NCBI GenBank assembly: GCA_964016885.1 | Contig: OZ024742.1 | Location: forward strand, 346,208,001 to 346,272,000 | DNA length: 64,000 nucleotides | Direction of reading: 5' to 3' | From: Eledone cirrhosa | Taxonomy: Eukaryota | In this document: positions 51,701 through 64,000 of the stretch, in pieces | Layout: the number at the start of each line of letters is the position of its first letter | How positions within the stretch are numbered: the first letter of the stretch is position 1 | Notes under the pieces: model-generated | Told to the model about the DNA's origin: nothing | The model's database searches: none | The model's input: the letters and a program-made list of their open reading frames with translations, nothing else | Made by a program: the position numbers and the translations under genes

Positions 51701-54700
51701 CTGTCTGTAGTACTCCTGTCTGTGGTACAATGTCTGTGGTACTTCTGTATGAGGTACTCCTGTCTGTGGTACCCTTGTCTGTGGTACTCCTATCTGTGGT
51801 ACCCTTGTCTGTGGTACTCCTATCTGTGGTTCAATGTCTGTGGTACTCCTGTCTGTGGTACTCCTGTCTGTGGTACACCTGTCTGTGGTACTCCTGTCTG
51901 TGGTACAATGTCTGTGGTACTATTGTCTGTGGTATTCCTGTCTGTGGTACTCCTGTCTGTTGTACTCCTGCCTATGGTACTCCTGTCTGTGGTACACCTG
52001 TCTGTAGTACTCCTGTCTGTGGTACTCCTGTCTATGGTACTCCTGCCTGTGGTACACCTGTGTGTCGTACTCCTGTCTGTGGCACAATGCCTGTGGTAGT
52101 CCTACCTGTGGTACACATGTATGTGGTACCCCTGTCTGTGGTACTCTCGTCTGTGGTTCAATGTCTGTGGTACTGCTATCTGTGGTACTCCTGTCTGTGG
52201 TACACCTGTCTGTGGTACACCTGTCTGTGGTACCCCTGTCTGTGGTACTCCTGTCTGTGGTACACCTGTCTGTGGTACTCCTCTCAGTGGTACACCTGTC
52301 TGTGGTACTCCTGTCTGTGGTAGACCTGTCTGTGGTACTCCTGTCTGTGGTACACCTGTCTGTGGTACTCCTGTCTGTGGTACACCTGTCTGTGGTACAC
52401 CTGTCTGTGGTACTCCTGTCTGTGGTACTGTCTATGGTACACCTGTCTGTGGTACTCCTGTCTGTGGTAGACCTGTCTGTGGTACTCCTGTCTGTGGTAC
52501 ACGTGTCTGTGGTACTCCTGTCTGTGGTACACCTGTCTGTGGTACTCCTGTCTGTGGTACACCTGTCTGTGGTACTCCTGTCTGTGGTAAACCTGTATGT
52601 GGTAAACCTGTCTGTGGTACTCCTGTCTGTGGTACTCCTGTCTGTGGTACACCTGTCTGTGGTACCCCTGTCTGTAGTACTCCTGTCAGTGGTACACCTT
52701 CTGTGGTACTGTCTATGGTACACCTGTCTGTGGTACTCCTGTCTGTGGTAGACCTGTCTGTGGTACTCCTGTCTGTGGTACACGTGTCTGTGGTACTCCT
52801 GTCTGTGGTACACCTGTCTGTGGTACTCCTGTCTGTGGTACTCCTTCTGTGGTACTCCTGTCTGTGGTAAACCTGTCTGTGGTAAACCTGTCTGTGGTAC
52901 TCCTGTCTGTAGTACTCCTGTCTGTGGTACACCTGTCTGTGGTACCCCTGTCTGTAGTACTCCTGTCAGTGGTACACCTGTCTGTGGTACTCCTGTCTGT
53001 GGTAGACCTGTCTGTGGTACTCCTGTCTGTGGTACACCTGTCTGTGGTACTCCTGTCTGTGGTACACCTGTCTGTGGTACACCTGTCTGTGGTACTCCTG
53101 TCTGTGGTACTCCTGTCTGTGGTACACCTGTCTGTGGTACTCCTGTCAGTGGTACACCTGTCTGTGGTACTCCTGTCTGTGGTAGACCTGTCTGTGGTAC
53201 TCCTGTCTGTGGTACACGTTTCTGTGGTACTCCTGTCAGTGGTACACCTGTCTGTGGTACTCCTGTCTGTGGTACACCTGTCTGTGGTACCCCTGTCTGT
53301 GGTACTCCTGTATGTGATTCCAATGTATGTGGTACTCCTGTCTGCGGTACTCCTGTCTGTGGTACACCTGTCTGTGGTACTCCTCTCAGTGGTACACTTG
53401 TCTGTGATACTCCTGTCTGTGGTAGACCTGTCTGTGGTACTCCTGTCTGTGGTACACCTGTCTGTGGTACTCCTGTCTGTGGTACTCCTGTCTGTGTTTC
53501 ACCTGTCTGTGGTACTCCTGTCTGTGGTACACCTGTCTGTGGTACTCCTGTCTGTGGTACAGCTGTCTGTGGTACTCCTGTCTGTGGTACTCCTGTCTGT
53601 GGTACAATCTCTGTGGTACTCCTGTCTGTGGTACACCTGTCTGTGGTACTCCTGTCTGTGGTACACCTGTCTGTGGTACTCCTGTCTGTGGTACAGCTGT
53701 CTGTGGTACTCCTGTCTGTGGTACTCCTGTCTGTGGTACAATCTCTGTGGTACTCCTGTCTGTGGTACACCTGTCTGTGGTACTCCTGTCTGTGGTACAC
53801 CTGTCTGTGGTACTCCTGTCTGTGGTACACCTGTCTGTGGTAAACCTGTCTGTGGTACTCCTGTCTGTGGTACTCCTGTCTGTGGTACTCCTGTCTGTGG
53901 TACACCTGTCTGTGGTACCCCTGTCTGTAGTACTCCTGTCAGTGGTACACCTGTCTGTGGTACACCTGTCGGTGGTAGACCTGTCTGTGGTACTCCTGTC
54001 TGTGGTACACCTGTCTGTGGTACACCTGTCTGTGGTACTCCTGTCTGTGGTACTCCTGTCTATGGTACTCCTGTCTGTGGTACACCTGTCTGTGGTACTC
54101 CTGTCAGTGGTACACCTGTCTGTGGTACTCCTGTCTGTGGTAGACCTGTCTGTGGTACTCCTGTCTGTGGTACACCTGTCTGTGGTACTCCTGTCAGTGG
54201 TACACCTGTCTGTGGTACTCCTGTCTGTGGTACACCTGTCTGTGGTACACCTGTCTGTGGTACTCCTGGCCATGGTACTCCTGTCTGGATCTCTTGTCTG
54301 TGGTACAATGTACTCCTGTCTGTGGTACAATGTCTGTTGTACTCCTGTCTGTGGTTATCCAATCTATTGTACTCCTGTCTGTGGTACACCTGTCTGTGGT
54401 ACACCTCTCTGTGGTACATCTGTCTGTGGTACTCCTGTCTGTGGTACTCCTATCTGTGGTAGTCCTGTCTGTGGTAAACCTGTCTGTGGTACACCTGTCT
54501 GTGGTACACCTGTCTGTGGTACTCTTGTCTTTGGTACTCCTGTCTGTGGTACACCTGTCTGTGGTACACCTGTCTGTGGTACACCTGTCTGTGGTACTCC
54601 TGTCTGTGGTACTCCTATCTGTGGTAGTCCTGTCTGTGGTACTCCTGTCTGTGGTACAATGTCTGTGGTACACCTGTCTGTGGTACTCCTGTCTGTGGTA

Positions 54701-55731
54701 CACCTGTCTGTGGTACTCCTGTCTGTGGTACTCCTGTCTGTGGTACACCTGTCTGTGGTACTCCTGTCTGTGGTTCTCCTGTCTGTGGTACCCCTCTCTG
54801 TGGTACTCGTGTCTGTGGTACTCCTGTCTCTGGTACACCTGTCTGAGGTACACCTGTCTGTAGTACTCCTGTCTGTGGTACTCCTGTCTGTGGTACTCCT
54901 GTCTGTGGTACTCTTGTCTGTGGTACTCCTGTATGTGGTACTCCTGTCTGTGGTACTCCTGTCTGTGGTACTCCTGCCTGTGGTACTCCTGGCTGTGGTA
55001 CTCTTGTCTGTGGTACTCCTGTCTGCGGTACTCCTGTCTGTGGTACACCTGTCTGTGGTACTCCTGTCTGTGGTACTCCAGTCTGTGGTACTCCTGTCTG
55101 TGGTACAATGTCTGTGGTACACCTGTCTGTGGTACTCCTGTCCGTAGTACTCCTGTCTGTGGTACACCTGTCTGTGGTACACCTGTCTGTGCTACTCCTG
55201 TCTGTGGTACTCCTGTCTGTGGTACTCCTGTCTGTGTTACACCTGACTGAGGTACACCTGTTTGTGGTACTCCTGTCTGTAGTACTCCTGTCTGTGGTAC
55301 ACCTGTCTGTGGTACACCTGTCTGTGCTACTCCTGTCTGTGGTACTCCTGTCTGTGGTACTCCTGTCTGTGTTACACCTGACTGAGGTACACCTGTCTGT
55401 AGTACTCCTGTCTGTGGTACTCCTGTTTGTGGTACACCGTCTGTGGTACTCCTGTCTGTGGTACTCCTGTCTTTGGTACATGTGTCTGTGGTACTCCTGT
55501 CTTTGGTACACGTGTCTGTGGTACACCTGTCTGTGGTACACGTGTCTTTAGTACTCCTGTCTTTGGTACACGTGTCTGTGGTACTCCTCTCTGTGGTACA
55601 CGTGTCTGTAGTACTACTGTCTGTGGTACACGTATCTGTAGTACTCCTGTCTTTGGTACACGTGTCTGTGGTACTCCTGTCTGTGGTACACGTGTCTGTA
55701 GTACTCCTGTCTTTGGTACACGTGTCTGTGG
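42772..55731. repeat. 13-kb satellite of a 15-bp unit with higher-order blocks
   Basis: Unit TGTCTGTGGTAC(T/A/C)CC, with a 14-bp variant TGTCTGTGGTACAA; roughly 860 units by length. Confidence 0.97.
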
Positions 55732-56084
55732 TAAGTTCGGCCATTTGTACGTTGTTTTATGGGCAGGCTGTTGTGATGATTAAACGACCGAAGTAGTCAT
55801 CGTCGAAACCGACGGATGTCCCACACAGCACATTCAATTGGATAAAGTAGACATGTGACCCACTCTGTCAGGTGAAAATCTTTCTTTGAGGAGTTAAAAA
55901 TTAAAAAAACAAACAGGTTTTTAAACTACAATAGAAAGGTTCTTTTTTTCTCTCTTTTTTATTTCATTCTTTTATTTCATCCTTTTTTTTTTCTTTTTTT
56001 TATTTGATTGTTTTTAACGTTGACACGAGGCCAGCAATTAGAGGGGTGGCGTAGGTGAAGACTCCAGTATCATTGTCTAGTACT

Positions 56085-56400
56085 CCCTCCTTCCCCTTTT
56101 TCTCTTACCCCCTTTCCCTTCTTCCTCTTCTCACCTTTCGATCTTTCCTACCTTATCTCCTTTCCCCTCATCCTTCCTTTCTCCCTATCCTCCCTTTCCC
56201 ACGTTTTCCCTCTTCCTATCCCCCTTTTCCCCACATTCCCCATCCCCTCCTCCCCCATATTCTCTTTCCCGCGCCTTTTCCTTTCCCCCCCTCCCATTCC
56301 CATTCCCTCCACATATCCTCCCTTTCCCACCTTTCCCTTCCCCTTCCCCTCTCCCTCCCACCTTTCCCTTCCCACCTACCCCTTCCCCAATCTCCTCTAA
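56085..56400. repeat. Polypyrimidine/polypurine low-complexity tract
   Basis: Almost entirely C/T on the + strand. Confidence 0.85.
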
Positions 56401-57840
56401 TTGCTGACTAATATTAAAAACAACCAGATTACAGTATAAATACGAAGAAATGTTATAATCAATTAGTGAAATTGTGAGTAAATTTCTAAAACACTTGGAT
56501 ATCCGTCGGTTTTAACGATGACTGTTCCAGTTGATGGTTCAATTGATCAGACTACTCAAATATTTTACCTGGAAGTGATTGGGTATCCCGCAGAAATGCA
56601 TACTCTTAACGTAATTCTCGGACATTCAACGGGACAACGTGTGTCTTTGAATTACTGAAACACTCCATCCGACGACATTCCAAACAGTTTCTAGGTTGAC
56701 TAAGGCGAGAGCAACTCCAGGTTATGGTAAATGATACTTACAATAAATGTTGGCCCATCTAATACTTACGAAGAGGATTTCTCAACAAATCACATTATGT
56801 AATATTTTATTTTGTTATCTGTTATATATAAACATATGTCAACTATATTTTACAGACAGAAGTTATACAATGGGAGAAATACATAAACATATTATGTCAA
56901 CCATATTTTACAGACAGAAGTTATACAGTGTTGGGAATATGTTATGTTATATATAAACATATTATGTCAACTATATTTTACAGAAATTATACAGTGATGG
57001 AAATACGAAAAAAAAATATAAAAACAAATTTAAGTAATAAAAAAGGGGGAAGGGATAAAGAAGGACATATCTGACTGTATAGGTAAGTAAAAAAAGGACT
57101 ATAGATGTCATAAATATGAAGAAAAGAAGGGAAAAGCAAGAAATATTAGGCAACGGGAGAAAGAGAAGACAGGAAGAGGTTGACAGACTCTGTGCCTAGC
57201 TAGGAGCGGTGTTTCGGCTGCAACTCGCGGACAAAACTGAAAATGCATTTCCGCGGACAATGGCCAGCGACACTAGCTGCACAGCCATGCAGCGTTGACA
57301 GGAAAAATACAGAAATGAAAAAAAAAAGACATTTTGAAAATATAAATTGACTCGTAAAATGGCAGCTATAGAAACGATCGATTTCTTATATAATTCGAAC
57401 TGACAGATAAACTAATGACAATTAACCCATTATTCAATGACACTGCCAATTATATTGAAGGAATTTAGCTGACAGTTGGTTAATTAGCAAATATTGGCTC
57501 CACCACATACAGACACACCCATATATATATACATATATACATATATATATACATACATACATTATGTTCATATATACATTCATATATAGGTACATACATA
57601 AGTTCTTATATGCATACATATATACACACATACATACATACATAGATACATACATATATACATACATATATACATACATACATATATATATATATACATA
57701 TATATACATATATATGTTCATACATGCATATATATATATATATGTTCTTCATATATATATACATATATATATATACACACACATACTTATGTTCATACAT
57801 ACATACATACATACATACATACATACATACATACATACGG

Positions 57841-58050
57841 ACCATTGATGAGGAGTTTACAAATCCAGTATCCAAGATACACCTTTAGCTTCATGCCCAT
57901 CATTATTGGAGCTACGGGCTATATACCAACCCGCTTGGACTGAACTTGGATTTACGGAGAAAAAGCGCAGCTCCCTAATTCATAGTCTACAAATGGATGC
58001 GATAGCTGGCACCTTCAAAATTTGCAAAACATTCTTGCGATTCAAGGGAT
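57841..58050 (+). pseudogene. R4/NeSL-type non-LTR retrotransposon C-terminal fragment within (CATA)n
   Basis: [32 protein letters not shown]...LIHSLQMDAIAGTFKICKTFLRF. Confidence 0.65.
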
Positions 58051-59139
58051 GACAATTTCTTTTCTTTTACAACCTTGCCACCGGGGAGGTGGCCGGTCAA
58101 AAAATATACTCGAAATTAAGAGAAAGAGATAACATACATGCATACATACATACATACATACATACATACATACATACATACATACATACATACATACACA
58201 CATACATACATACATACATGCATACAGCTGTTTGTGTGTATGCGTGCTATTGATTATAGAAGAAGAAGAAGAAGAAGAAGAAGAAGAAGAAGAAGAAGAA
58301 GAAGAAGAAGAAGAAGAAGAAGAAGAAGAAGAAGAAGAAGAAGAAGAAGAAGAAGAAGAAGAAGAAGAAGAAGAAACGAGGGCAACCCTAAAGCAGCTAG
58401 GAGGTTTCTCATGTTCAACTTGACATAAACTCGGAGAACTGAATGTTTGAAAGATATTTGCCAATATATTATCTCGCCAGTCTTTTGTCAATACAACCTT
58501 CATGATGTCCTCTCTCAAACGTATAATGTTTCACTTGAATCTTTTCGTAGCCTCCATACTGAAATATCTTGTTTATAGTTGCTAGATCTTTGACAATATA
58601 TTACACCACCAATCTTGATAGGTTTTTTCTATGATCAGCTTCAACATATCCTCTCTCACATACTGTTAGTTTCTACATTAGAACAAATAGTGCCAAAGAG
58701 TTTCTGGGTGGTCTCCTTAAGAACATAGAGGTAGTCTCCTTAAGACCTGTTCGTGATAAAATATAGTTCAATATCCCGTTCGAAGCCAGCATCGTTTATT
58801 AGCCCTATTCAATGCGTAATATATGTTAAATGTTAGAGGGTCAGACTCCATGCTTTGCAACAAAGAGTTACGGCCCTTTGTGGTCTGAGTTCAAATCCCG
58901 CCGAGGTTAACTTTGGCTTTCATCCTTACGGGGTCGATGAAATAAAGTACCAGTAATACACTGGAATAATTGCTGGCTTTGTACCAAAAGTAGAAACAAT
59001 ATATTTTAAATTTTGATAGATCTGTCTGAGATAGTGTAGAGTTGAAATTTGAGAATCTCTAGATTCTTCCCAAACTTTTTCCCACCACTGCCTAATTATA
59101 TTTTATATTGCGATAGATTTGAAATGTAGCCTATATCTA

Positions 59140-59490
59140 TTGTTTCCCATTGTGCTCCCTCATTAATTCATCTTCTTCCCTATTTATCCTATCTTTATGA
59201 CCTGGTATCCAAATAATTGTTTGTTTATTATCTTCTGAAAGATAGTTATCTATTTTTAACAGAACACTCCCAATATCTCTAATCTGACCTCTTTTTCTTG
59301 ATTGAAACAATTCTAGGTTCAATAAATTATCAGTCAATAGGAAACCTTTTCCCATGGAATTTCATTACCTGAATCTATGGATTATATCATTCCATATCAC
59401 CTACCATAAACTATTGTGAAATCCTGGGGTAATCTGAAGCTCATATCTCTATTATTATTATTATGGAAAGACCAAATAGCTCCAAACCCC
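59140..59490 (-). pseudogene. Degenerate retroelement RNase H domain fragment
   Basis: FLLTDNL...KQTIIWIPGHK..NREEDEL resembles RNase H TDS...WIPGH..GNExAD. Confidence 0.5.
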
Positions 59491-59494
59491 ATTA

Positions 59495-62400
59495 TCTCAA
59501 TATCACCCCATCTCAATATTACCCCATCTCTATATCTGACCTAGACACCCTACCTCAATATTACCCCATCTCTATATCTGACCCAGACACCCTACCTCAA
59601 TATTACCCCATATCTCTATATCTGACCCAGACACCCTACCTCAAATATTACCCCATCTCTATATCTGACCCAGACACCGTACCTCAATATTACCCCATCT
59701 CTATATCTGACCCAGACACCCCATCTCAATATTACCCCATCTCTATATCTGACCCAGACATCCTACCTCAATATTACCCCATCTCTATATCAGACCCAGA
59801 CACCCTACCCCAATATTACCCCATATCTCTATCTGACCCAGACACCGTACCTCAATATTACCCCATCTCTATATCTGACCCAAACACCGTACCTCAATAT
59901 TACCCCATCTCTATATCTGACCCAGACACCCTACTTCAATATTACCCCATCTCTATATCTTACCCAGACACCCTACCTGAATATTACCCCATCTCTATAT
60001 CTGACCCAGACACCCTACCTCAATATTACCCCATCTCTATATCTGACACAGACACCCTACCTGAATATTACCCCATCTCTATATCTGACCCAGACACCCT
60101 ACCTCAATATTACCCCATCTCTATATCTGACACAGACACCCTACCTCAATATTACCCCATATCTCTATCTGACCCAGACACCGTACCTCAATATTACCCC
60201 ATCTCTATATCTGACCCAGACACCCTACCTCAATATTACCCCATCTCTATATCTTACCCAGACACCCTACCTGAATATTACCCCATCTCTATATCTGACC
60301 CAGACACCCTACCTCAATATTAACCCATCTCTATATCTTACCCAGACACCCTACCTGAATATTACCCCATCTCTATATCTGACCCAGACACCCTACTTCA
60401 ATATTACCCCATCTCTATATCTGACCCAGACACCCTACCTCAATATTACCCCATCTCTATATCTGACCCAAACACCGTACCTCAATATTACCCCATCTCT
60501 ATACCTGACCCAGACACCCTACCTGAATATTACCCCATCTCTATATCTGACACAGACACCCTACCTCAATATTACCCCATCTCTATATCTGACACAGACA
60601 CCGTACCTCAATATTACCCCATCTCTATATCTGACCCAGTACCGTACCTCAATATTACCCCATCTCTATATCTGACCCAGACACCCTACCTCAATATTTC
60701 CCCATCTCTATATCTGACCCAGACACCCTACCTCAATATTACCCCATCTCTATATCTGACCCAGAAACCCTACCTCAATATTACCCCATCTCTATATCTG
60801 ACCCAGACACCCTACCTCAATATTACCCCATCTCTATATCTAACCCAGACACCCTACCTCAATATTACCCCATCTCTATATCTGACCCAGACACCCTACC
60901 TCAATATTACCCCATCTCTATATCTGACCCAGACACCCTACCCCAATATTACCCCCATCTCTATATCTGACCCAGACACCCTACCCCAATATTACCCCAT
61001 CTCTATATCTGACCCAGACACCCTACCTCAATATTACCCCATCTCTATATCTGACCCAGACACCCTACCCCAATATTACCCCCATCTCTATATCTGACCC
61101 AGACACCCTACCTCAATATTACCCCATCTCTATATCTGACACAGACACCCTACCTCAATATTACCCCATCTCTATATCTGACACAGACACCCTACCTCAA
61201 TATTACCCCATCTCTATATCTGACCCAGACACCCTACCTCAATATTTCCCCATCTCTATATCTGACCCAGACACCCTACCTCAATATTACCCCATCTCTA
61301 TATCTTGCCCAGACACCCTACCTCAATATTACCCCATCTCTATATCTAACCCAGACACCGTACCTCAATATTACCCCATCTCTATATCTGACCCAGACAC
61401 CCTACCTCAATATTACCCCATCTCTATATCTGACCCAGACACCCTACCCCAATATTACCCCCATCTCTATATCTGACCCAGACACCCTACCTCAATATTA
61501 CCCCATCTCTATATCTGACACAGACACCCTACCTCAATATTACCCCATCTCTATATCTGACACAGACACCCTACCTCAATATTACCCCATCTCCATATCT
61601 GACCCAGACACCCTACCTCAATATTTCCCCATCTCTATATCTGACCCAGACACCCTACCTCAATATTACCCCAATTCTATATCTTGCCCAGACACCCTAC
61701 CTCAATATTACCCCATCTCTATATCTAACCCAGACACCGTACCTCAATATTACCCCATCTCTATATCTGACCCAGACACCCTACCTCAATATTACCCCAT
61801 CTTATATCTTACCCAGACACCATACCTCAATATTACCCCATCTCTATATCTGACCCAGACACCGTACCTCAATATTACCCCATCTCTATATCTAACCCAG
61901 ACACCCTACCTGAATATTACCCCATCTCTATATCTAACCCAGACACCCTACCTCCATATTACCCCATCTCTATATCTGACCCAGCCACCCTACCTCAATA
62001 TTACCCCATCTCTATATCTGACCCAGCCACCCTACCTCAATTATACCCCATCTCTATATCTGACCCAGACACCCTACCTCAATATTACCCCATCTCTATA
62101 TCTGACCCAGACACCCTACCTCAATATTACCCCATCTCTATATCTGACCCAGACACCCTACCTCAATATTACCCTATCTCTATATCTGACCCAGACACCC
62201 TACCTCAATATTACCCCATCTCTATATCTGACCCAGACACCCTACCTCAATATTACCCCATCTCTATATCTGACCCAGACACCCTACCTCAATATTACCC
62301 CATCTCTATATCTGACACAGACACCCTACCTCAATATTACCCCATCTCTATATCTGACACAGACACCCTACCTCAATATTACCCCATCTCTATATCTGAC

Positions 62401-64000
62401 CCAGACACCCTACCTCAATATTTCCCCATCTCTATATCTGACCCAGACACCCTACCTCAATATTACCCCATCTCTATATCTTGCTCAGACACCCTACCTC
62501 AATATTACCCCATCTCTATATCTAACCCAGACACCGTACCTCAATATTACCCCATCTCTATATCTGACCCAGACACCCTACCTCAATATTACCCCATCTT
62601 ATATCTTACCCAGACACCCTACCTCAATATTACCCCATCTCTATATCTGACCCAGACACCGTACCTCAATATTACCCCATCTCTATATCTAACCCAGACA
62701 CCCTACCTGAATATTACCCCATCTCTATATCTGACCCAGACACCCTACCTCCATATTACCCCATCTCTATATCTGACCCAGCCACCCTACCTCAATATTA
62801 CCCCATCTCTATATCTGACCCAGCCACCCTACCTCAATATTACCCCATCTCTATATCTGACCCAGACACCCTACCTCAATATTACCCCATCTCTATATCT
62901 GACCCAGACACCGTACCTCAATATTACCCCATCTCTATATCTTGCCCAGACACCCTACCTCAATATTACCCCATCTCTATATCTGACCCAGCCACCCTAC
63001 CTCAATATTACCCCATCTCTATATCTGACCCAGCCACCCTACCTCAATATTACCCCATCTCTATATCTGACCCAGACACCCTACCTCAATATTACCCCAT
63101 CTCTATATCTGACCCAGACACCCTACCTCAATATTACCCCATCTCTATATCTGACCCAGACACCCTACCTCAATATTACCCCATCTCTATATCTGACCCA
63201 GCCACCCTACCTCAATATTACCCCATCTCTATATCTGACCCAGACACCCTACCTCAATATTACCCCATCTCTATATCTGACCCAGACACCCTACCTCAAT
63301 ATTACCCCATCTCTATATCTGACCCAGACACCCTACCTCAATATTACCCCATCTCTATATGTGACCCAGACACCCTACCCCAATATTACCCCATCTCTAT
63401 ATCTGACCCAGACACCCTACCCCAATATTACCCCATCTCTATATCTGACCCAGACACCCTACCTCAATATTACCCCATCTCTATATCTGACCCAGACACC
63501 CTACCCCAATATTACCCCCATCTCTATATCTGACCCAGACACCCTACCTCAATATTACCCCCATCTCTATATCTGACCCAGACACCCTACCTCAATATTA
63601 CCCCATCTCTATATCTGACCCAGACACCCTACCTCAATATTACCCCCATCTCTATATCTGACCCAGACACCCTACCTCAAATATTACCCCATCTCTATAT
63701 CTGACCCAGACACCCTACCTCAATATTACCCCAACTCTATATCTGACCCAGACACCCTACCTCAATATTACCCCATCTCTATATCTGACCCAGACACCCT
63801 ACCCCAATATTACCCCCATCTCTATATCTGACCCAGACACCCTACCTCAATATTACCCCCATCTCTATATCTGACCCAGACACCCTACCTCAATATTACC
63901 CCATCTCTATATCTGACCCAGACACCCTACCTCAATATTACCCCATCTCTATATCTGACCCAGACACCCTACCTCAATATTACCCCCATCTCTATATCTG
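59495..64000. repeat. 42-bp satellite (>100 copies, continues past the window end)
   Basis: Unit ATATTACCCCATCTCTATATCTGACCCAGACACCCTACCTCA. Confidence 0.97.

Noticed and set aside
42648-55796. Long ORFs (VCGTP, SVVLL, QTGVP, YHRQE, STTDR repeats; up to 1078 aa), superficially like Cys-rich structural proteins
   Set aside because: All frames on both strands are open because the 15-bp unit lacks stops; frequent 14-bp units shift frame freely, so there is no sign of coding constraint.
57185-57290. GC-rich structured island as a possible type III hammerhead (- strand GTGTC...GAAACAC)
   Set aside because: No CUGANGA-like core or stem II could be placed.
59463-64000. QYYPISISDPDTLP repeat ORF, or a CRISPR-like array
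   Set aside because: Head-to-tail 42-bp satellite with indels and stops; no unique spacers and no cas genes; eukaryotic context.

Overview
AT-rich, microsatellite-rich eukaryotic (animal) DNA; the repeat landscape suggests an octopus/cephalopod-type mollusc (inference, not verified). No host gene can be called confidently; there is only a weak candidate exon pair at ~8.1-8.5 kb (-). The first ~42 kb is a mosaic of mobile elements inserted mostly in (TA)n/(CATA)n arrays. These are an apparently intact Penelope-like element (PLE; RT + GIY-YIG, 709 aa), a second PLE with one nonsense codon, a 5'-truncated RTE LINE with three C2H2 fingers, two non-autonomous RTE derivatives, deleted mariners, a MITE, a non-autonomous Helitron, CRE-like LINE remnants and many tRNA-derived SINEs. 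The rest is mostly a 13-kb 15-bp satellite and a 42-bp satellite running off the end, with R4- and RNase H-type LINE remnants between them. Main observations: (1) about 18 type I hammerhead ribozyme motifs from about 7 repeat families, including a U4A core and a U3-A8 compensatory core. (2) A PLE copy that has precisely lost a GT-AG 3'-UTR intron retained by the full-length copy. (3) Stereotyped fold-back (palindrome + tail) insertions up to 2.5 kb. (4) Satellites that grew from inside SINE copies. Most long ORFs in the supplied track are repeat artefacts.
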